Assembly: GCA_024639975.1 (NCBI GenBank)
Contig: JAHEFX010000001.1
Coordinates: forward strand, 1,460 to 65,459
DNA: 64,000 nt
Direction of reading: 5' to 3'
DNA from: a bacterium
Lineage (GTDB): Bacteria > Actinomycetota > Acidimicrobiia > Spongiisociales > JAENVV01
How positions within the stretch are numbered: position 1 is the first letter of the stretch; every line of letters begins with the position of its first letter. Positions 19,811 through 29,504 of the stretch are shown here, piece by piece. A model generated the notes under the pieces. That model saw only the letters and a list, made by a program, of their open reading frames with translations, was not told the DNA's origin and searched no databases. The position numbers and the translations under genes were made by a program.

Positions 19811-22108
19811 CTAGGCCATCGGGAGCCAGACCAGGCGTAGCTCGGTTACCCGCACGTCGGACTTCTCGAGGCCGATCTCGACTTCTTCGATTGCCTCGGC
19901 CTTGAGCGCCCACTCGTCGGTGATGTGTTCGACGTCGGTGGCGAGGTCCGTCTCGATGGCGGCGATTGCTTCCATGCGGGCGACGACCGATGCCTCCGCC
20001 TCGGCGAGACGGACCTCCGTCCGGTCGATCTCGGCTCGCCGTCTTGCGATACGACGGAGGCCGGCCGATGACGATCGTCCGCCGGCGAAGGCCCCCAGGA
20101 GATCTCCGACGCCCCCGACCATCTCGTCCTGGCGATCGGCCCGGAGGTCGATGGCGAGCGTGTCGGCTTTGGACTCGGCGGTCCTCAAGCGATCCTGAGC
20201 CGTCCTGACCTTGGTCTCGTACCGGTCCTTCAGCTTCGCCAGGTCGGCGTCGGCGCCGGCGGCAGCCACATCGCCGCAGCGCGCCAAGAAGTCGTCGCGC
20301 GATTCGCCGAGGCGTGAGTAGAGCTTGAGGTCGGGGTTCTTCCAGACGGACACGGAGCGTTCGGCCACGAGGGCGTTGGTGATGGAGGTCCGCAGGTTCC
20401 GCCAGTAGGTCCCGTCGGCGACGGGTTGGTCGGGTAGCTCGAAGGTGGCACCGCTCGGCGGTGAGTCCCCGAAGTCGCGGTCGTCGTGGTCCACGGCCAA
20501 TCCGAGGCCGGGGTCGAGTGCCTTCGGCAGCGGATGGAAGACGGCCTCCCATTCCTCGGCGTGGTCCACCTCGGCGTACCGGTCGTCGAACCGGAGGTCC
20601 ACTCGGGCCACCACTGCCGGTTCCAGCCGGGTGCCGCTGGGGTCGCCGCCGACCAGCGGGAGCCAAGGGGCGCCGGCCCGGGCGTACCCCGGGTTGGCGC
20701 TGTCGGCCGCTGCCGGAGCGACGGCGACGACATCCACGGCCGGCTCCGGCGCAGTGCGGGAAGCAGGCGGCTCGGGCTCCACGGGGCCCCGCAGGCGTTC
20801 GAGGCCCTCCCTGGAGAGCGGCCCGGCCAGGTAGCTCATGGCCCAACGTGTGGAGAACTGGACCGGCTCGTCGGATCGAGTCGCGTGGAGGACGAACTCC
20901 CGCTTCTCGAGCCCCGAGATCCGAGCCGAGAGATCGGCGAGGTCGACGTCACCCCCGACCGACGCCATCCCCTCGAGGATGCGGGCTTGGTCACGCTCGG
21001 TCTGGAGACGGCCGATCATCCAGGTGCCGGCGTTGGACATTGCCTTGTAGTCGAGGTCCATCGGGTTCTGGGTGGCGAGCAGCAGACCGACGCCATGGGC
21101 GCGACCCTGCTTGAGCAGCGTGAGGATCGGTTGCTTGGACGGAGGGTTCGCCGTGGGTGGGGCGAACCCGAACACCTCGTCCATGTAGATGAGGAGTCGG
21201 AGTCGGTCGGTTCCCGGCTGGCGCCTCGCCCAGGAGACGGCCTTGGCCATCACCGTGGCCACCACGAACTGGCGCGATGCATCGTCGAGGTGGGCGACGG
21301 AGATCACGGCCGCTGCCGGCCGGTCGCCCGTGGGTGCGAGCATGCGGTCGAGGTCGAGCGCCTCGCCCTCCCGCCAGGCCGCTGCGGTGGGGGAGGCGAC
21401 GACCGCGTTGAGTCGCATGGCCAAGGCCTCCCGGTCCTGCGGCGATATGAACCGATCCAACTCGAAGACGCCCAGCTTGCGGATCGGCGGGTCGAGTGTC
21501 CTTGCGATCAGGGCTTCGAGGTCGAGGGTCTCACCTGCCAACCAAGCCGATTCGACGAGGGTCGCGAGGAGCACATGGGCCGGATCGGCGACCGGGTCGG
21601 CCTCGATGTCGGCCAAGAGGAGGATCGAGGAAACGAGTGCTCTCGCCTCATCCCGGATCGACTCGGCGTCGGCATCGACCGGGGGCGCCATCGAACCGAG
21701 CAGCCCGAGGGGCGTGCCGGCCGCCGACCCGGGGGTGTAGATGACCACCTCGGCTCCGGCCACGGCCTCCATCCGTTCCCGATCGACCCCGGATCGTTCG
21801 AGACCCGATGCCCACAGGGCAGCAGTGGCGGCGGCAACCTCGGCCCGGTCCTCGCCCGGGGCCGGATCGACCCACGGCTCGAAATCCTCGGACGAGAGTT
21901 CGGGGAACACGAGGGCGAGGTTGCCGATATCCCCCTTCGGGTCGATCGCCAGCACCGGGACCCCCGACGACAGGGCTTCCTCGAGGCAGATGATCCCGAG
22001 GCCGGTCTTCCCGGAGCCGGTCATCCCCACCACCACTCCGTGGGTGGTCAGGTCGTCCCCGTCGATCTCGACCGGGTCGTCAGCCGATCCGCCCAGGTGC
22101 CAGCGCAT
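19811..22108 (-). CDS. HerA/FtsK-superfamily ATPase (DUF87-like) with C-terminal coiled coil
   Basis: HGVVVGMTGSGKT (Walker A), IYMDE (Walker B) and QGRAHGVGLLLATQNP. Confidence 0.88.
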   Translation of the reverse strand: MRWHLGGSADDPVEIDGDDLTTHGVVVGMTGSGKTGLGIICLEEALSSGVPVLAIDPKGDIGNLALVFPELSSEDFEPWVDPAPGEDRAEVAAATAALWASGLERSGVDRERMEAVAGAEVVIYTPGSAAGTPLGLLGSMAPPVDADAESIRDEARALVSSILLLADIEADPVADPAHVLLATLVESAWLAGETLDLEALIARTLDPPIRKLGVFELDRFISPQDREALAMRLNAVVASPTAAAWREGEALDLDRMLAPTGDRPAAAVISVAHLDDASRQFVVATVMAKAVSWARRQPGTDRLRLLIYMDEVFGFAPPTANPPSKQPILTLLKQGRAHGVGLLLATQNPMDLDYKAMSNAGTWMIGRLQTERDQARILEGMASVGGDVDLADLSARISGLEKREFVLHATRSDEPVQFSTRWAMSYLAGPLSREGLERLRGPVEPEPPASRTAPEPAVDVVAVAPAAADSANPGYARAGAPWLPLVGGDPSGTRLEPAVVARVDLRFDDRYAEVDHAEEWEAVFHPLPKALDPGLGLAVDHDDRDFGDSPPSGATFELPDQPVADGTYWRNLRTSITNALVAERSVSVWKNPDLKLYSRLGESRDDFLARCGDVAAAGADADLAKLKDRYETKVRTAQDRLRTAESKADTLAIDLRADRQDEMVGGVGDLLGAFAGGRSSSAGLRRIARRRAEIDRTEVRLAEAEASVVARMEAIAAIETDLATDVEHITDEWALKAEAIEEVEIGLEKSDVRVTELRLVWLPMA

Positions 22109-22127
22109 CAACCGAACCGGTCCGCCA

Positions 22128-22577
22128 TCAGAGCCTTGCTCGTAGGTCGTCGAGGTCGTCCTCGGCGGCCTTGCGGTCCTCGGCGTCAGCGATGGTCGTC
22201 GCGAGCGCACCGGCGCGTTCGAGGACCTCGCGCGCCGCCCGTTTGTCACCGCCGGCGAGCAGCGCTCGGGCAAGGGCTTCCTCGGCGAACACGACCATGA
22301 ATGCGTCGAGGTCGTGCTCGACGCAGATCTCCATGGACGAGGCGGCAAAGGCCCTGGCCAGGTCCGACTCGCCCATCAAGGCGAGTACCCGGCTGGCCTG
22401 CCAGTCGCTCATCGCGTGGTTCCGGGGATCCCCGGCCCGCCGCCAGTGGTAGCGGGAGGTGAGGGCTGTGGTGAGCATGTCGAGGTCCTGGGCCTCAGTG
22501 CGACCCTCGGTCCCGATCAGGTCCCACGTGTCGTTGAAGGTGTCGACGGCGAGCCGTCGGTGGTCATGTTCCGCCAT
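22128..22577 (-). CDS. Conserved hypothetical alpha-helical protein
   Basis: LAVDTFNDTWDL...SRYHW...WQASRV...EALARA; coding-like composition. Confidence 0.75.
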   Translation of the reverse strand: MAEHDHRRLAVDTFNDTWDLIGTEGRTEAQDLDMLTTALTSRYHWRRAGDPRNHAMSDWQASRVLALMGESDLARAFAASSMEICVEHDLDAFMVVFAEEALARALLAGGDKRAAREVLERAGALATTIADAEDRKAAEDDLDDLRARL

Positions 22578-22605
22578 GCCCGCATACTCGCAGACGGCGA
22601 AGCGC

Positions 22606-23493
22606 CTAGGGGCCGGGGGGCACGTACCAGGCGTCGGTGAACTGGGTTCCCCCCGGGCGGAGCACCCAGGTCGAGCCCTTCTTGCAGTCGAAACGATCGT
22701 TGAACCGCATGCCCCTCCTGGCGAGGTGGTCCAGTGCCTCGGGGATGGCGTCGCCATGGGACGAGACCGCAGCCCGCCTTCCGGAGAGCCCCGACAGCAG
22801 GGCGGCGGTTGCCTCGGGTTTGGTTCCCTCTGCAAGGGCCTCGTGGATCTCGATCTCCAGGCCCAGCTTCTCCGCCAGCGGCTCGAAGGTCTGGATGCAC
22901 CGGGCAGCCGGTGACGAGATCAGTCGGGTGATGCCGGCGTGGCGCAGGCGTCGGGAGATCCCCTTGGCCTGCTCCAAGCCCTTGTCCGAGAGCGGTCGCT
23001 CCTCGTCCGGGCCCTTCCAGTCCTTCCGCCCACCGGCGTGGCCGTGGCGGACGACGTAGGTCATCGGGTTCGCCCGCACCCAATCGTCGGGGACGTTGGC
23101 CACGTGCAGCCGATCGGATCGATAGGTGAGCTCGCGCTCGGCCTGGTCGAGCGCCACCCACCGGACCTCGTCGACCTCGTCGTTCGGAACGAATCGACCG
23201 CTGATCGGCTCCATCGTGTACCAGGCGACGTACTTGGCCCGTGAGTTGACCTTGTAGGAAGAGAGCCCGTGGTCCTCGAAGGCGATGCATCGGTAGCCGG
23301 TCTCCTCCTCGACCTCCCGAAGCGCTGCGGTGAGGTCGTCCTCGCCCTTGTCGAGCCGGCCCTTGGGCAGCGTCCAGTCCCGATACTTCGGGCGGTGCGC
23401 GATGAGTACCTGTAGGCCCTTGGCATGGTGGGCTCGCAGCACCACACCGCCGGCGGCGCGGATCTTCAGTCGGGGCTTCTTGGTCTTGGTCAT
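22606..23493 (-). CDS. NUDIX hydrolase + histidine phosphatase fusion (MutT1-like)
   Basis: WTLPKG...ALREVEEETG Nudix box; VRHGHA phosphatase motif; ATGA overlap with the LOG gene stop. Confidence 0.9.
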   Translation of the reverse strand: MTKTKKPRLKIRAAGGVVLRAHHAKGLQVLIAHRPKYRDWTLPKGRLDKGEDDLTAALREVEEETGYRCIAFEDHGLSSYKVNSRAKYVAWYTMEPISGRFVPNDEVDEVRWVALDQAERELTYRSDRLHVANVPDDWVRANPMTYVVRHGHAGGRKDWKGPDEERPLSDKGLEQAKGISRRLRHAGITRLISSPAARCIQTFEPLAEKLGLEIEIHEALAEGTKPEATAALLSGLSGRRAAVSSHGDAIPEALDHLARRGMRFNDRFDCKKGSTWVLRPGGTQFTDAWYVPPGP

Positions 23494-24017
23494 GGGGGAG
23501 CGGCGAGCCATGCTATTGCCTCGTCGACGGTCCCCACCCGCGACACGAGGGAGCCATCGAACCCGAATGCCTCGGCCATCGAGTCGAGCCACTCGGCCCA
23601 TTGCTCGCCGATGGCGAGCAATGGCATGGGCGTCGCCCCACGCAGGCCGTCGAGGTGGGCGCCGTTGAGGGCGGTGACCAACTCGGCGAAGGTGCCGAGG
23701 CTCCCGGGCAGGGCGACGGCCAGGTCCGCCCGGTCCACCAACTCGGCGATGCGTCCGGCGAGCGTGTCGGCGACGATGGCCTCCGCCACCCATCCATTGG
23801 GCCCGGTGCGCTGGGGGAACAGTCGGGGGGAGGTGATGCCGACGACGTGGCCACCGGCATCGCTCGCGCCACGGCTGACCGCCTCCATCAAACCGTGGTA
23901 GCCACCCGTGAGCACGACGTGTCCCTGCGCGGCCAGAGCGGCGCCGAGCGACATGGCCTCGACATAGATGGGCTCGGCCGGCTGTACCGAGGATGATCCG
24001 AACACGGCAACACGCAT
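23490..24017 (-). CDS. LOG/SLOG family nucleotide-binding protein
   Basis: VAVFGSS, TGGYHGLMEAVSRGA and LPGSLGTFAE motifs. Confidence 0.88.
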   Translation of the reverse strand: MRVAVFGSSSVQPAEPIYVEAMSLGAALAAQGHVVLTGGYHGLMEAVSRGASDAGGHVVGITSPRLFPQRTGPNGWVAEAIVADTLAGRIAELVDRADLAVALPGSLGTFAELVTALNGAHLDGLRGATPMPLLAIGEQWAEWLDSMAEAFGFDGSLVSRVGTVDEAIAWLAAPP

Positions 24018-24071
24018 GGCCGGAGCGTAGGGCCGGCGCGCGACGACTGGTCCCAACGTAGGCTGCCGCGG

Positions 24072-25139
24072 ATGCGTTGGAACGAAGCCGTGAGCCGAAT
24101 CGCGCCGTATGTGGGTGGTCGTCCCATCGAGGAGGTCGTCCGGGAGTTCGGCGTGGTTGACGTGGTGAAGCTCGCGTCGAACGAGTCGCCGGTCGAACCG
24201 TTCCCCGAAGTCGTCGAGGTGCTTGCGGCGACGGCCCCGGACGTGAACCGCTACCCCGACTCGGCGGTGTACTCGCTGACCCGTGAGATGGCGGAGGTCA
24301 TCGGCGTCGAACCCGACCAACTCTGGTTCGGTGCGGGGTCGAGCGAGCTGATCGGTGAGCTTGCCCTCGCTCTCGGCGGCCCGGGGACCAACGCCGTCAT
24401 GGCTTGGCCCTCCTTTGCCATGTACCCGATTTCCACGATGCGATCCGGTGCCGACCCGGTGATGGTCCCCCTCGACGAGGACCAGCGCCATGACCTCGAT
24501 GCCATGGGAGCCGCGATCGACGACTCGACCACGATCGTCTACCTCTGCAACCCGAACAACCCGACCGGCACGATCTTGCCGGGCGACGCCGTCGAAGCGT
24601 TCTGTCGCTCCACGTCCGACGACGTCCTGGTGGTCGTGGACGAGGCCTACCACGAGTTCGTCACCGACCCGGCCCATCGCTCGATGATCGATCTCGCCCG
24701 GGAACGCCCGAACGTGGTCGTCCTACGGACCTTCTCCAAGGTCTACGGGCTGGCCGGCCTCCGGATCGGGTACGCAATCGGCCAGGCGAACACGCTCGTG
24801 CATCTCAAGAGGCCCCAACGGCCATTCACGGTCACGGCGCCCGCCCAGATCGCAGCCGCCGAAGCGATCCGGCACCCACACCGGGTGGAGGGCCGACGCC
24901 TCGAGAACGCCGCCGGCCGCCGGATGCTGATGGCCGGTTTGGCCGAACGCGGTTTTCCAGCAGCGCGTTCCGAGACCAACTTCGTCTGGTTCGAGGTCGG
25001 CCCGATGGCAAAGAAGCTCTTCGAGGACCTCCAGCGCAAGGGCGTGATAGTTCGTGCCTTCGATGGTGCGGTCCGGGTGTCGGTCGGTACCGAGGTCGAG
25101 AACCGTCGGTTCCTGATGGCCCTCGATCAGGTGCTCTGA
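24072..25139 (+). CDS. hisC: Histidinol-phosphate (or aromatic amino acid) aminotransferase
   Basis: KLASNESP, NRYPD, CNPNNPTG, DEAY and RTFSKVYGLAGLRIGY motifs. Confidence 0.88.
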   Translation: MRWNEAVSRIAPYVGGRPIEEVVREFGVVDVVKLASNESPVEPFPEVVEVLAATAPDVNRYPDSAVYSLTREMAEVIGVEPDQLWFGAGSSELIGELALALGGPGTNAVMAWPSFAMYPISTMRSGADPVMVPLDEDQRHDLDAMGAAIDDSTTIVYLCNPNNPTGTILPGDAVEAFCRSTSDDVLVVVDEAYHEFVTDPAHRSMIDLARERPNVVVLRTFSKVYGLAGLRIGYAIGQANTLVHLKRPQRPFTVTAPAQIAAAEAIRHPHRVEGRRLENAAGRRMLMAGLAERGFPAARSETNFVWFEVGPMAKKLFEDLQRKGVIVRAFDGAVRVSVGTEVENRRFLMALDQVL

Positions 25140-25678
25140 CCGAGCACCTTGGTCAACAGACGGTCGACGTAGGCGTCGTCGACGGACTCTCGAAGCAACA
25201 GGACCCGAAGGTGGGTCGCACCCATCAGTGCGTCGCGGACCACGGCCACCTCCTCGGGAGGAGGATCGCTCCCCATCACCTCGGCCACCAGTGCGTCGAG
25301 TTGGGGTAGGCCCTCGGCGATCACCGCTCCTCGCACCATCTCGAACCGCTCGTCCCACTCGGCCCTGGCGACGAGTAGCGCCAGGGCCCGGCCCTGCTCG
25401 TCCTCCATCGACCGAGCGAATCGCACCAGCACCTCGGCGAGCTGCTCCCTGGGGGAGTTACCCGCCGGGGGGACGAAGTGGGGCTTGGCACCCGCGGCCA
25501 GCAGGTCGGCGAGGATGTCGAGCCGCTCGGGCCAGTGGCGGTAGACCGTCGCCCGGCCGACGCCGGCCTCCTCGGCGATGCGAAGGTGGGTGACGGCGTC
25601 GGGCCCCTCCGACTCGAGGAGTCGGCTCGCGGCATCGATCATGAGCGAGTGCGTTCGCTCCACCTGGGGATTGGCCAT
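25127..25678 (-). CDS. TetR-family regulator, divergent from the MMPL gene
   Basis: IAEEAGVGRATVYRHW helix-turn-helix. Confidence 0.92.
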   Translation of the reverse strand: MANPQVERTHSLMIDAASRLLESEGPDAVTHLRIAEEAGVGRATVYRHWPERLDILADLLAAGAKPHFVPPAGNSPREQLAEVLVRFARSMEDEQGRALALLVARAEWDERFEMVRGAVIAEGLPQLDALVAEVMGSDPPPEEVAVVRDALMGATHLRVLLLRESVDDAYVDRLLTKVLGQST

Positions 25679-25694
25679 GAGGCCATGGTACACG

Positions 25695-25722
25695 TTGACC
25701 TAGGTGAGACATCTTGTATCAT
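25695..25722 (+). promoter_or_regulatory. Probable MMPL promoter with overlapping TetR operator
   Basis: TTGACC-N16-TATCAT; imperfect palindrome TGAGACA-tct-TGTATCA at 25705-25721. Confidence 0.6.
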
Positions 25723-25831
25723 CTGATGTCGAGTCGGTCCCGGATCCAGCGGATTCGTGATCGAATGCACATATGATTCCCGTACCGGTCACCCCCGTGG
25801 CCGGTTCAACACTCCTTCGAGAGGTCGTTCC

Positions 25832-28800
25832 GTGGTCCACTTCGTCAACCTCCTTTCCGGTGCCGTCCGCCGGTTCCCCTGGCCGACGATCGTCGCCGTC
25901 CTGGTGCTGTTCTTCGTCCTCAGCGCGTTCATCCCACAGGCGCAGACGGCCACGCAGAATGAGGGTTTCGCTCCGGACGCGCCCGAGCTGACGGCCTCCG
26001 AGGACATTTCAGAGCTCTTCGGCGAGGACACCGGCGGCACGGTCATGCAGGTCGTCATCACGTCGGAGGGCGGTGACGTCGTCACGGCCGAAGGCCTCGA
26101 GACGGTCGAGACGGTCACCCGGGTCCTCGAGGATTCCGAGCTCGCCGTCGACCTCCAGGACTCGGGCCAGGGGTCGGTCGTCTCCTTCCTCGCCCCGGTC
26201 CAGCCGACCGACACGGGTATGGGTCCGGCGGCACAGATCGTCGTCTCCACCGACGGTGGTGACGTCTTCACGCCCGAGGGACTCCAGGTCGTCACCGACG
26301 TCCTCGACGTGGCCACGGCCGAGGTCGGACCGAAGTTGGACACGGAGGCCCCAACCGGCCCGGCCAGCTCCTTCCTCACTCCGGTGCTCGCAGCAGGTGC
26401 CCAGGGACCGTCGGCCCAAGTCGTCATCGCCAACCCGGGCGGCGACGTCATGACCAGCGAGGGCCTGCAGGCGTCGCTCGCGCTCCAGCAGGCCGTGTTC
26501 CAGTCCCCGCTGGCCGCCAAGCTCCCCCAGACAGAGTTCCCGCCGCCTTCCTCCTCGTTCATGACGCCGGTCGAGTTCGCCGTCCAGCAGGGCCAGGTCC
26601 CACCGACCGCGCCGACGGACGTGGTCAAGCAGGCGTGGGTCGGGGCGTTCGCCGCCCTGCCGGGCGAAGCCACGGAGTTCATTCCCTTCCTGATCTCGAA
26701 CGACCAGGACCTGTCGGTCCCGTCGGCCGAGCAGGGCCTGGTCGCTTTCACCCTCACGGAGCCCTTCACCACGGACGAGGAAGCAGCGTTCGCCGAGATC
26801 GTCGGCTCGATCCCCCTCGCCGACGGGTACACCGCCACCTACCTGCCTGCTGTCCCGACCGACGCCGAGACCCTCAAGGCGACCTATCTCGCCCGCACCG
26901 CCTTCCTCCCGGCGGAGGCGACCGAGTTCCTCCCATTCCTGTCCTCGAACGAAGGCGACGTCTCCGTCCCGGAAGCCGAGAAGGGCCTGGTCGTGCTCAG
27001 CCTGACCGAGGACCTGACCGCCGACGAGTCACGTGCCCTGTCGGATGCGCTGTCCGGCATCGAGACGCCGAGCGGCTTCACGGTGGGATACCTGCCGGTC
27101 GAGCCGACCACCGAGCAGCTCAAGCAGGCCTACTCCGACAACCTCGCCTTCATCCCCGCCGAGTTCGCCGGTCAGGTGACCGGGTTGCTCTCCGACGACG
27201 CAGACACCGATGCCGTGACGGCCTCTTCGGGACTGATGATCGTCTTCCTCGATGCAGGTGACACCGAAGACGAGTTCCTCGAGGCCGGCTTCCGCCAGGC
27301 TGCTTTTGCCGAGGACCTCGCCGCCGCCGAGCTCCCGGAGGGCTATTCGGCCGGGGCCTTCTCCCTTGGCCTGATCTTCTCGTCGACCGGCGACTTCACC
27401 GATGAGATCGCTCGGATGTTCGGCCTCGCCTTTGCCATCATCATCGTGGTCCTGCTCTTCAACTTCTGGGTCCGCGTCCGCGGTGCCGGTGGGACGCGGC
27501 GGGCGGTTCGCCGGACGCTGGCCGACACGTTCCTCACCCTCCTCACGATCATCATCGCCATCGCCTGGATGCAGGGGATCGGCGTGTTGCTCGGCCCCGA
27601 CTACCTGGGCGTGATCGGGCCCTTCAACGAGCTGGTCCAGATCCTGCCGATCCTGATCATCGGCCTCGGCGTCGACTACGGGATCCACATGACCTCCCGC
27701 TACCGGGAGGAGATCACTGCCGGCAATGACGTCTCGGAATCGGTCCGCCACTCGATCCGCACGGTCGGCGTGGCACTGGTCCTGGCGACCCTCACCACCG
27801 TCGTCGGCTTCCTCACGAACCTCATCAGCCCGGTCCCCGCCCTGGCCGAGTTCGGGATCATCGCCTCGGTCGGCATCGTCTCGGCCTTCATCCTGATGCT
27901 CACATTCGTCCCCGCCGTCCGACTCCTGCTCGACCGTCGGGCGGAGCGCAAGGGACGCCTCGACGCCGAGACCTTCGACCTCGACGCCAACCCCGGCTTC
28001 GTGTGGCCGTTCGTGATCGGCGCCGTCTCCGGTGTTGCTGCGTACCTCGCCTCTGCGCTCTTGGAGTCGGGGATCTCCGGAGAGGCATTCGCCGTGGATA
28101 CGACCCGATTGGTCGTGTTCGCGGTTCTCGGTGCCTTCGTCGGGGTCGTGCTCATGCAGCTGCCCAGCATCACCGGCGGTATCTCGGTGGTTGCCGAGAA
28201 GTTCGCCTGGGGTGTCGTGATCGTTGCCCTCGTCCTCGCCGGCGTCGGCGAGTTCGGCCGCCAGCAACTGGAGACGTCGTTCAACTTCGCCGACTTCCTC
28301 CCCACCGACAGCCCGGTCGTCGAGACGCTCGACGTGATCACCGAGGACTTCGGAGGCGGCTTCGGGGAGACCACGAGCGTCCTCGTCGGGAACGTGGGCC
28401 AGGACATCGCCACCGCCGAGGCACACAACGCCCAGGTCGACGCCTGGGACAACCTCGAGGACACCCCCGACGTGACCCAGTTCGGCGGGAACCCCGCCGT
28501 CAACATCTCGGTCGTGGCCCTGCTCGAGGAGCTCTCCGATCCCCAGTCCGCGGTCTTCAGCCCCGAGTTCGGACCGGCCGCCGCCGAACTGGGCCTGGCC
28601 GACGACCTGCGGGTTGCCGACGGGACCGACGTGGTGGCCCTGTACGACCTCGCCACGGAGCACGCTCCCGACGTGGCGGCGACCACCATCCACGCCGCCG
28701 ACGGCGGCGGGTACGACGCAGCCCAGTGGGTCATCAACACGAGTGCAGGCAGCGACGGCGCGTCCGATCTCCGGGATGCCCTCAAGGACGACTTCGCTCC

Positions 28801-29431
28801 GGTCACCGATACAGGCGTCGATGCCATCCCGACTTCGGAGAACATCGTCTCCGCAGCCGTCGTGGACGCACTTGCGGCGTCCCAGCTCTCATCGTTGCTG
28901 CTGACGTTGGGGGCCGCGACCCTGTTGCTGGTCGTCAACTTCTGGATCGAGGCCCGCCGCCCGCTCCTCGGCGTGCTGACGATGCTTCCCGTTGCCATCG
29001 TCGTGCTCCAGGTGTTCGGCATGATGGCCGCCCGAGGCATCCCCTTCGGTCCGGTCACGGCCACCATCTCGGCCCTCGCGGTCGGTATCGGAGTGCCGTT
29101 CACCATCCACATCACCCACCGCTTCCTCGAGGACCGGGTGCGCATGGAGTCGACCGAGGCGGCGATACGGTCGACCGTTCGTCACACCGGCGCGGCCCTT
29201 GCCGGAGCGGCGTTCACCACGATGGCCGGTTTTGGTTCGCTCGTGACGTCGACGCTCAAGCCCTTCCAGCAGTTCGGGGAGGTCACATTCTGGGCGATCC
29301 TGTTCGCCCTCGTGAACTCGCTGGTCGTCCTGCCGGCGATGCTCGTCATCTGGGACCGCTACCACCGCCGGCGCGGCGACGCGCTCGTCGATCCGGCGGC
29401 CGTCGAGGGTGCCCTGGGCCTCGAGGGCTGA
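25832..29431 (+). CDS. MMPL/RND family transporter with internally triplicated extracytoplasmic domain
   Basis: IGLGVDYGIHM..RYREE, TTVVGFL and TTMAGFGSL motifs; two RND halves. Confidence 0.92.
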   Translation: MVHFVNLLSGAVRRFPWPTIVAVLVLFFVLSAFIPQAQTATQNEGFAPDAPELTASEDISELFGEDTGGTVMQVVITSEGGDVVTAEGLETVETVTRVLEDSELAVDLQDSGQGSVVSFLAPVQPTDTGMGPAAQIVVSTDGGDVFTPEGLQVVTDVLDVATAEVGPKLDTEAPTGPASSFLTPVLAAGAQGPSAQVVIANPGGDVMTSEGLQASLALQQAVFQSPLAAKLPQTEFPPPSSSFMTPVEFAVQQGQVPPTAPTDVVKQAWVGAFAALPGEATEFIPFLISNDQDLSVPSAEQGLVAFTLTEPFTTDEEAAFAEIVGSIPLADGYTATYLPAVPTDAETLKATYLARTAFLPAEATEFLPFLSSNEGDVSVPEAEKGLVVLSLTEDLTADESRALSDALSGIETPSGFTVGYLPVEPTTEQLKQAYSDNLAFIPAEFAGQVTGLLSDDADTDAVTASSGLMIVFLDAGDTEDEFLEAGFRQAAFAEDLAAAELPEGYSAGAFSLGLIFSSTGDFTDEIARMFGLAFAIIIVVLLFNFWVRVRGAGGTRRAVRRTLADTFLTLLTIIIAIAWMQGIGVLLGPDYLGVIGPFNELVQILPILIIGLGVDYGIHMTSRYREEITAGNDVSESVRHSIRTVGVALVLATLTTVVGFLTNLISPVPALAEFGIIASVGIVSAFILMLTFVPAVRLLLDRRAERKGRLDAETFDLDANPGFVWPFVIGAVSGVAAYLASALLESGISGEAFAVDTTRLVVFAVLGAFVGVVLMQLPSITGGISVVAEKFAWGVVIVALVLAGVGEFGRQQLETSFNFADFLPTDSPVVETLDVITEDFGGGFGETTSVLVGNVGQDIATAEAHNAQVDAWDNLEDTPDVTQFGGNPAVNISVVALLEELSDPQSAVFSPEFGPAAAELGLADDLRVADGTDVVALYDLATEHAPDVAATTIHAADGGGYDAAQWVINTSAGSDGASDLRDALKDDFAPVTDTGVDAIPTSENIVSAAVVDALAASQLSSLLLTLGAATLLLVVNFWIEARRPLLGVLTMLPVAIVVLQVFGMMAARGIPFGPVTATISALAVGIGVPFTIHITHRFLEDRVRMESTEAAIRSTVRHTGAALAGAAFTTMAGFGSLVTSTLKPFQQFGEVTFWAILFALVNSLVVLPAMLVIWDRYHRRRGDALVDPAAVEGALGLEG

Positions 29432-29477
29432 GCAACTCCGTTTCTCGGACCGTGTCGTGGGGGCCTCCGGGCCCCCA

Positions 29478-29498
29478 CGAACGTTCGTTGGGTAGCGT
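29478..29498 (+). promoter_or_regulatory. TetR (PaaR-like) operator next to the -10 element
   Basis: CGAACGTTCGTTGG at 29478-29491, followed by TAGCGT and an ATG 6 nt later. Confidence 0.6.
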
Positions 29499-29504
29499 CG
29501 GCCC

